Shown: in pieces, positions 54,323-64,000 of the stretch
Numbering within the stretch: position 1 is the first letter of the stretch
How the letters are laid out: the number at the start of each line of letters is the position of its first letter
From: Octopus vulgaris
Lineage: Eukaryota
Assembly: GCA_951406725.2 (NCBI GenBank)
Contig: OX597816.1
Location: 62,806,001-62,870,000, forward strand
Length of the DNA stretch: 64,000 nt
Direction: 5' to 3'
Notes under the pieces: generated by a model
Told to the model about the DNA's origin: nothing
The model's input: the letters and a program-made list of their open reading frames with translations, nothing else
The model's database searches: none
Program-made: the position numbers and the translations under genes

Positions 54323-55133
54323 CCTATACATATGTGCGTGCACGTGTACGTATGGATACGAGTACCAGTATGTAATCTCTCTCTCTCTCCCCCCTCTCTC
54401 TATATATATTTATACACTTAATCATATATATATATATATATATATAATTATGTATATGTATGTATGTATATCTACATACACTTATGTATAGACATACAGA
54501 GACACACATTCACGTACATACACAAACACATACATATACATATATATAATATCTGACTGGCTTACTAACTAGTGATAGTTTATGGATTTTCATAAGCTGC
54601 AAAGAAGCAGAGGAAACAAAGAAGCAAAGAAGCTAAGCCAAATTGAAGACGGTGTCGGTTCGAAGAAGGAACAAAAGGACATCAGATGAAGTCGCCTGAA
54701 AACATAAGTCTGTTGTGATAAGTCAATATGAATGAAGTCACGTACGACATTGAAGTAGACAGAAATTGATAGGATCAGCGCTTGCTTCTGTACATTTGAT
54801 TAAATCAGAATGTTGATATTTGATTAAGTTGAAGAATAGCAAAGACTTAAGCCATGTTGCGTTTCGGTGAAAAGCGCAGAAAAATTCATCCGTTATTTTA
54901 AACACACTTATATGAAAAAAACTTTTTTGTTTGTTTCAAAGATAAAATATTTCTGTACATATATATATACTTATATATTTATATAGATACATATACACAC
55001 TTGATTTCTATACACGTTAATCGATGACGAGTATATGTATGAATAGGTATAGGTATGTATCCATATATCTATCTGTCTGTCTGTCTGTCTCTCATCTCTC
55101 TCTCTCTTTCTCTTCCCCTCTCTCTCTCTCTAT

Positions 55134-55172
<39 letters not shown>

Positions 55173-55200
55173 GATATAGATATGTATATATATATAGATA

Positions 55201-55238
<38 letters not shown>

Positions 55239-55247
55239 GAGAGAGAG

Positions 55248-55332
<85 letters not shown>

Positions 55333-55873
55333 TTGAACACGATTGACATAAACACTTTATTTCTTCTCATACACGTAAAAGGGAAGATAATCACAGACAT
55401 AAGCAGGAAGAGGGAGAGAGGGAGAGAGCGAAAGAAAGAGGGAGAGAGCGAAAGAAAGAGGGAGAGATGAGAAACAGATATTCTCTGTAAAGAATACAGC
55501 TCGTAGTGCTCAATAGGTTTGAACCTGAGCAGATAGAGGAGCAAATTAGGCATGACGATATGCAAAAAATAGTCAAATCATTTAATACAAAAAAACGTAT
55601 ATATATAAGCGGCGTGAGTCTCGAAATTTTCTTCGTTAGCAGATATGTTAGAGATTCTAATAGATATGACTGTGACTACGCTATTAAGGGTAAGTTTAGG
55701 GTGATTAGAGAGGACATTTATATATTGTAAAGATTGGTTGAAAAGGTTTACAGAAAAGGTGCGTGTTCAAGTTTCGAGTAACATTTAAGAAATTGGCCAC
55801 CATCGTGTTAATTTCGAATTAAATACCCAGGTTTATAACTTTTAAAAAGTTTGTTTAGGGCTTTCTTGGTGCG

Positions 55874-55969
<96 letters not shown>

Positions 55970-56358
55970 AGTATGCATGTATCTATCTGTCTGTCTGTCT
56001 CTCATCTCTCTCTCTTTCTCTTTCTCTCTCTCTCTCTCTCTATACACACACACACACATCACCGTATATTAACCGGTGTTGTTCAAACGATGAATAGCTT
56101 CGCGTAAACCACTAGTTCGTTTTGTTCTCTTACTTTATTATCATCGTATAATCATCTCATAATAATGACCTTTATGACCCGTATTACTACCTCAGTCAAT
56201 CTAAATGTATATATTTGTCACTACCTGTCATAAATAGCCTTTTTTTATTTGCAATATGCATTTTCGTTGATTTTTCATATTTTACCCCTATATATATATA
56301 TATATGTATATATGTGTGTGTGTGTGTGTGTATACGTGTGTGCATATATATGTATATG

Positions 56359-56406
<48 letters not shown>

Positions 56407-56529
56407 CATATATTTACATACGTATATATGTATAATGTACATTTATATATATATATACACATGTATGCATATATATATATATATGTACAAGAATATAGAC
56501 GAGTGCAACTGAAACCCGAGTGTCTTTTT

Positions 56530-56860
56530 GATCAGTGATATGGGACTGAACTGAACCGTCACTAATCTGCTCATCCTCTTTATAACTCATAGATGGTTAT
56601 TCGACGATTTTCGCTCACAGTTGCATGCCCATCCGCGATGTTGTTCTCAGTTCTATTTGGAGCGGGTCTCCCAGAAAATGCTTCAATATCGATATTTTTT
56701 CGGCCATCTTGGAAACGTCTGAACCACTTGTACACTTGTGGCTCTTACACTCGTTTCCATATACTTACTGCAACTTTGCTTAGGCCTTTGAGCAGGTATC
56801 ACCATGATAACTTTCTCTGGCGTGGTCAATGCGTCGATCACACGCTACACACCTTCCTTC
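56530..56860 (-). pseudogene. Mariner transposase N-terminal fragment
   Basis: Minus: VYKWFRRFQDGRKNIDIEAFSGRP...VSENRRITIYEL...ISDGSVQS. Confidence 0.8.
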
Positions 56861-57092
56861 CAAGCACTGCTGTAAACAGCGAAAGTGAGCTAGAACGTTA
56901 AAACTTTGTACGTATTCACAACAGAGTTCATGAACAATCAACAACAACAATAATAATTATGCCTGAACATTAGCAGACGTCAATAAGGTATGTAAGGTTT
57001 GTTAGATATTTGCGTAACATTTGTATTTTATTGATAATTAAAGACATATTCCCTGTTTATACTCGTTTGTATATACATACATACCTCTGTAC

Positions 57093-57144
<52 letters not shown>

Positions 57145-57773
57145 CAAAAGCATATGCGTATATATACACGTACATACACGCATATGCATATATTATATGC
57201 ACAAATATGCTCATATATTTATATATGTGTGTATACACATACATATATACATACATGCATGAATATGTGTATGCTTGCATGTATGTGCATATGTATCTAT
57301 ACTCACACACATGTACAAAATCAAATACACATTTGACACATGTGAATATATATACGCACGAATATCTCGTCGCTTATGTAAATACGAAAACCTGTGCGTA
57401 AGTGCTTGCTGTATATTTTTGTCATATTTTTATGCTTTCCATTTTTTGTTTTGGCATATGTTATGGCTGATCTTGGAATTCCAGGCATGTTTCTGCATGG
57501 TTGACTTGCAAAACAAACCTTGTCACGTATGTATACCCCAAGTCACCAATCATAAATTGTCGATATGAAGATGAAATATTTCTACTTAGAAAATATCGGA
57601 TGACTGCACCGTATGGAAAGCCTTGGATAATTCTTCAGTGTTTATTTTCAGTTTCCATATCGCAGAATCACTGGATCCATTGCTAAAATCTCATTTCAGT
57701 TTTTCTATATTAACACTGAAATGACGAACAAATAACCTATATTGGTTACTACAATGAAACATTAATAAATGTA

Positions 57774-57821
<48 letters not shown>

Positions 57822-57900
57822 TGCATGCATTTGTGTGAGCGTGAATCCACGCATAAATCTGTGCCTATGTGTGCGAGTATGTGTGAATGCGTGTGTATGT

Positions 57901-57973
<73 letters not shown>

Positions 57974-58185
57974 TACATGTCTGTGTTTCTGTATATGAGT
58001 ATGTATATATATAGATATATATATATAATCAAAAAGACAAAAATTCCTTTAACGATATTTCGGCGCTGTTTGCACTTCTACTCTTTACCTATTTACTACT
58101 TACACACATATATGCATACATATGCATGTCTGTGCGTGTATGTGCGTGTGCATGTGTGTTTGTGTGTGTATATGTGTGTATATGG

Positions 58186-58390
58186 GTGCTAGCGTGACTA
58201 CGTGGTTAAAAGTTTCGCTTCTCAAGCATGTTTCTCGTGATTCAATCCACCGCACAGCACATGAGTTATGTGTCTTTATTATAGCCTGAAGCTTTTCTAG
58301 TATCAGCTGATCATAATTTAGTAGATTCTGGTAAAGCCTGTTATTTATATTTGTTAGTGGATTTGGTAGACGGAAACTGAAAGACGCCCG

Positions 58391-58475
<85 letters not shown>

Positions 58476-58694
58476 TGTGTCTGTGTGTCTGTGTTTGTCT
58501 CCCCCAAATCGCTTGACAACCGATGCTGGTGTGTTTACGTCCCTGTAACTTAGCAGTTCAGCAAAAAAGAACCGATATAATAAGTACTAGACTTACATGG
58601 TATAAGTCCGGGGTCGATTTGCTCGACTAAATGCGGTGCTCCAGAATGACCGCAGTCAAATGACTGAAACAAGTAAAAGAATAAAAGAATAAAG
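58186..58694 (+). mobile_element. SINE family A (diverged head, conserved 3' part)
   Basis: GTGGATTTGGTAGACGG to the TAAAAGAA tail. Confidence 0.85.
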
Positions 58695-58696
58695 TA

Positions 58697-58756
<60 letters not shown>

Positions 58757-58779
58757 CATATATATGTATAAATACATAC

Positions 58780-58908
<129 letters not shown>

Positions 58909-58918
58909 TTATATATGT

Positions 58919-59286
58919 AAGGCGGCGAGATGGCAGAAACGTTAGCACGCCGGGTGAAATGCTTAGTGGTATTTCGTCTGCCGTTACGTTCTGAGTTCAA
59001 ATTCCGCCAAGGTCGACTTTGCCTTTCATCCTTTAGGGGTCGATATATTAAGTACCTGTTATGCACTGGGGTCGATGTAATCACTTAATCCGTTTGTCTC
59101 TCCTTGTATGTCCTCTTTGTGTTTAGCCCCTTGTAGTTAGTAAAGAAATGGGTATTTCGTCTGCCGTTATATTCTGAGTCCAAATTCCGGAGTCGATAAA
59201 TTAAGTCTCAGTTGCGTACGGAGCTCGATCTAATCGACTGGCCCCCTCCCACAAAATTTCGGGCCTTGCACCTAGAGTAAAAAAGA
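58919..59286 (+). mobile_element. SINE family C dimer
   Basis: Head plus unit plus truncated unit ending CCTTGCACCTAGAGTAAAAAAG. Confidence 0.88.
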
Positions 59287-59419
59287 TACGTTATATATGT
59301 AGATATATGTAGATACCATTAGCATTCGAGGTTGCCATAAGAATGAACAACTTATCCTAATTTAAGCGATGTGTATGGTACATTAAGTATAGAAAGAGTG
59401 ACTTAGGAAGTGAGCTCAT

Positions 59420-60500
59420 TGTGATCTCCTATCGGGATTTTTATTCTACGTTCACAATTAGGCGTCTTCTCAGTAAAGATACATAAAATTTCTTCGCTAG
59501 TGGAAATCCTTTAACGTCATCCTTTACAGTTAACTGAAGTAGAATGAGTAGCGCTTGTATATTCTCTTCTTTGCTCTGTAAGTCATTCTTATTTTAAAAG
59601 CATCTGCTCTTCACAAGTCAAATTCTCACTGTGGGACTCTAGCAACGCTATCACATCATCTTCTACTTGTACCATATACCGTCTAGTCATATTTTTCCAA
59701 ACCCCTTTCAAGGTTGTGAGTTTTTCTTCATGCCATGATTTGGCTATGCTGTCCATGGTTTCCCTGAATATTTTCCAGAACCTTGGGCAAGTGTCTTCTA
59801 CTATAGCCTCGGGCTGACCAAACCTTGTGATTGGATTTGGTAGACGGAAACTGAAAGAAGCTCGTCGTATATATATATGTGTGTGTGTGTGTGTGCGTAT
59901 TTGTGTGTCTGTGTTTGTCCCCCAGCATCGCTTGACAACCGAAGCTGGTGTGTTTACGTCCCCGTAACTTAGCGGTTCGGCAAAAGAGACCGATAGAATA
60001 AGTACTAGGCTTCCAAAGAATAAGTCTTAGGGTTGTTTTGCCTGACTAAAGTTGGTGCTCCAGCATGGCCGCAGTCAAATAACTGAAACAAGTAAAAGAG
60101 TAAAAGAGTAAATAGTAAAACAGTAACTCTCTAATTCTAGATTAATCTCCCGCCCCATGTATCAGTCACCTTTAGGAGTTATTGAAAGTTCTTCTCTGAA
60201 AATACACTTGATGTTCGTTACTACACCTTGATGAATTAATTTCTAGAATATATGTGATACGTTCACATTATCAGAAAAATGTTTTAAGTTCCCTGAGTGG
60301 CTGGGTTCATTGACTAAAAAAAATATTCCACAGTTACTTTCCTGGCAGTTTTAATGAAGGTTGTAAGCCAATTTCGTCAAACACAAGCAGATTAAACATA
60401 GCGTAATAGCAGAAATTTTTCCCCCTGCAAAATGCGTCAAATAATTTCTTGGAACTTGAAAGTCAGCTGTTAATTTTGCTTCCTGAAAAATCAGTAAGTA
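59420..60500 (-). pseudogene. Decayed Tigger/pogo transposase interrupted by a SINE
   Basis: Minus: QGVVTNIK (DQGVIxxFK), FWK...IAKSWHEEKLTTLKGVWKN, DDVIALLESHSENLT. Confidence 0.6.
59781..60120 (+). mobile_element. SINE family A, 5' truncated
   Basis: CCTTGGGCAAG to the TAAAAGAG tail. Confidence 0.9.
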
Positions 60501-60809
60501 TGTGCTTCTAGAAAAACTCAGTTTTATCTATATAGTACACTTGTTTTGTTCTGTAATCTCGTTCCGCAATCATTTTCTTCAGCTCCTCAGGATAATCAGA
60601 AGCAGTCAATATATTAGTACAAACAACTTCAGAGTTTATTTTCATGCTAATTAAATAAATTAAGATACTTCTTCCAGAACTTTAACTAAACAGAATTTAC
60701 ATTTGCCCCATTTTGAGAATCGTAAAACATATACATTCTCTTGAATTACCAGCACATTACTTCCAATCTAGTCATCAAGTCACACATTGAGGAAACCTTC
60801 CACCATAGA

Positions 60810-61200
60810 CTTTTTACTCTTTTACTTTCGATCATTTGACTGCGGCCATGCTGGAGCACCGCCTTTAGTCGAGCAGATCAACCCTAGGACTTATTCATTG
60901 TAAGCATAGTACTTACTCTGTCGGTCTCTAAGTTACGGGGACGTAAACACACCGGCATCTGTTGTCAAGCGATGTTGGAGGACAAATATAGACACACAGG
61001 CACACACACATATATATATATACATATACATATATACGACGGGCTTCTTTCAGTTTCCGTCTACCAAATCCACTCACAAGGCTTTGGTCGGCCCGAGGCT
61101 ATAGTAGAGGACACTTGCCCAAGGTGCCACGCAGTGGGACTGAACCTGGTACCATGTGGTTGGTAAGCAAGCTACTTACCACGCAACCACTACTGCGCCT
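60810..61200 (-). mobile_element. SINE family A, full length
   Basis: Both halves and head on minus. Confidence 0.9.
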
Positions 61201-61202
61201 TA

Positions 61203-61286
<84 letters not shown>

Positions 61287-62261
61287 GGTTAAGAGAGTAG
61301 CTGCTAGAGCACTTGAGTTCATGTATCTTTATTTACACGCATGTTCCTACGACAGACATTGCAAGATTTTAATGGGTTTTGCCCCTGTAATGTGGCTACC
61401 GTACACTCCCAAACCATGCATCTAATATAAACCCTTTTGCATTACTGCCTTTGCTTCCACTTCACGGTTTCTTTCCAATCATAGCAAATAACAGTAATGC
61501 ACTGTGCTGAATGTGTTTTTATTTAAGTCTAACAGTGGCGATGACAGATAAGAATTTCTCGTCATACAGGAAGGAAAACAGAAGAATCCGTTAAACATAG
61601 TGTTAGTTTTCATCGATGAAATGTAGGTTATTTTTTTTATTCTATTTTACTTCGGATCCAGGACTGGAAATAAGAATAGTTGGAGATGTCGTGTCGAATG
61701 TCAAGAGTTATTCACATAGGAGAAAATATTGTCGAATTAAAGGTAGAAACAAAATCCAAATCAATGAAATTGGTGCATGGACAGCGGAGGCGGAGGAAAA
61801 GGTGAGTAGGAATTGGAAAATATGTTGAGAGCAACGAAAATTGCGAAAACAAGAAAAAAGTCTATAGAAGAACAAAGAAAAAATACATATAAAAGAACTG
61901 TATTGGTGAGGTTTAGAAAACAAAAATCTACAGAGAATGGAGAAAATGGGAGGATAGGCCATACATACTAAAAGTGTCATAACACGCATGTACGTACACA
62001 CGCGTGCGCACGTACACACGCGTGCGCACGCACACACATACACACACGAACACACACACAAACACGGGTATATATGTATTGTATTTTCTAGTCTCTTCAC
62101 CATTACAACGTTTTATGCTCGCTAGTACTGAGTGTGAACTTATATATTTTCCACATCCCTACTTGTAACATTTTTTTTTCACATTCTACGTTCACTGCGA
62201 ACCTTATCACGCTGGAACTTGCAGTGTCCACGTTTCCCTAACGTGTATGTGAGTGTGTGTG

Positions 62262-62380
<119 letters not shown>

Positions 62381-62477
62381 ACAGTTATATTGTTACTGCT
62401 GCGTTCAACACCACTGATGGAAAAGACTGAACTATGTCTGTGATGTACGTACTTGTGTGTATGTGAGTGTGCCTCTC

Positions 62478-62511
<34 letters not shown>

Positions 62512-63153
62512 TGTGTGTCTGTGTCTGTGCATGTGTGCCTGTGTGTGGGTATGCGGTCATGTGCGTGAAAATGTCCAAAGCAACTCACCACTGAATTATT
62601 CATAAATGTTGCACATGAAATTATTGCATTAATTTGTTTCCAATATAAAGTACTCCATACTTTAAAACCGATTCGATCTCAAATCACTTCAGCCTACATT
62701 CATAGATCTGTGCCTTGCATGCATCAACCTTTAATGTGACACTGTTCCTATTACTTTCCGATTGTGTTTAGTAAAGGCAAAGTTTATCATAGCATTTGGT
62801 AAATGTGTCTATCATATATGAGATTATAGAAAATTGAATTTCTAAATGATAATTGACTAACATTAGGTGCTAATGCATTTACGAATAATTCTGTAAATCT
62901 GTAAATCTCCGCATCTAATTCTCCGATTTTCCGTGATCCGATTTAACACAAACACCTGACACCTGGATAACTTTAGCACTGTCCACTATGTTGCAAGTGT
63001 TCCCTCTGAGGATAACCCGGTACTTTGATTTGTAACAAACCACGTTTCATGCTCTTCAGGATTATTTCTCACATTTTCTCTCTCCGTCTATTTATCTCAC
63101 AGTCTCTCAAAATGTTTACGGTTTTCTTATCTCCCTTTCCTTTTTATATTTTT

Positions 63154-63360
63154 CACTTGCCCCAGTCACTTGACTGCGGCCATGCTGCAGCACAGCCTTG
63201 AAAATTTAGCTGAACAAATCGAACCCAGTAAGGTATTTTTCAGCTCGGTACCTATGTCATCGGTTTCTATCTTTTTTTTTTGTCAAACTGCTAACCTACA
63301 GGACGTAAACAAACCAACAACGGCTGTCAAGCGGTAGTGGGAGAAAGATACAAGCATGAA
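63154..63360 (-). mobile_element. SINE family A 3' half, diverged
   Basis: TTGACTGCGGCCATGCTG...GGACGTAAACAAACC. Confidence 0.7.
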
Positions 63361-63486
63361 AACATACATACATGCATATGCATACACACACACACACACG
63401 TATGTATGTATGCATGTATGTATGTATGTATTTATGTACGCATGTATGTATGTATGTGTGTGAGTTTGTGTATATATATATATATA

Positions 63487-63597
63487 AAGTACTAGGCTTA
63501 CAAAGAATAAGTCCTGGGATCGATTTGCTCGACTAAAGGCGGTGCTCCAGCATGGCCGTAGTCAAATGACTGAAACCAGTAAAAGAGTAAAAAGAGA
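63487..63597 (+). mobile_element. SINE family A, 3' end only
   Basis: AAGTACTAGGCTTACAAAG to the TAAAAGAG tail. Confidence 0.88.
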
Positions 63598-64000
63598 TCA
63601 AGTCATAACGTACAGACACATATTAATTAATAAACTTCGCAATGATAACTGGCTTTCCATTATTTGTCCATCTGCTACACTTGTATATTTAATTATCTTA
63701 AATTTGCCGGCATTTTTTTTTTATCTCTTTTCTTAGAAAAATTACTTTCATATTACACTTAATTTTCTTTTAAAATATTCTTTTTAGATGTATTTATTGT
63801 TTGTTTGTTTTGTTTTTTGTTTTTTTGTTTTGTTTTTTTTCTGAATATTTATTAAATTATGAAAAATATCAATCACTAAATAAATAATTTAGAAATATGT
63901 ACATATACATTATTTACATAGAATCATGAAATATTCTTTATAAAGATGCGAGTCTGATTAGTAAAATGTTGTTTCAATTTTCGGAGAAGTTGCTAAGTCG

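Noticed and set aside
57625-57725. CTGAAGA (minus) plus TCATTTCAGT/ACTGAAATGA inverted repeat
   Set aside because: Only a 10-bp hairpin; the strands do not assemble into a hammerhead
63036-63065. Minus-strand CTGAAGA-GCAT-GAAACGTG
   Set aside because: No real stem II, G at the cleavage position, poor stem I

Overview
AT-rich, microsatellite-saturated eukaryotic non-coding DNA with no recognisable intact host gene. The SINE families match my recollection of octopus repeats, so a coleoid cephalopod origin is inferred, not proven. Almost all ORFs in the track are translations of (TA)n/(CA)n/(GATA)n repeats. The real content is about 30 SINE copies from 3-4 families, a near-complete Tc1 element, decayed mariner, maT-like, Tigger and Helitron pieces, Tx1/L1-like LINE fragments, and a set of Penelope-like element (PLE) remnants sitting in (TA)n tracts. 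The PLE remnants carry six hammerhead ribozyme motifs. Four have the conventional type I order (12633-12683, 18709-18759, 37646-37727, 42589-42624). Two (8749-8866 + and 21038-21164 -) are unrelated in sequence but share the same non-circularly permuted, pseudoknotted architecture, with stem II replaced by a multi-helix junction. A 6.2-kb foldback (two ~2.95-kb inverted arms, each ending in a hammerhead) is inserted in the internal microsatellite of a SINE. All base pairings were read by eye; no folding software or database search was run, and repeat boundaries are approximate.
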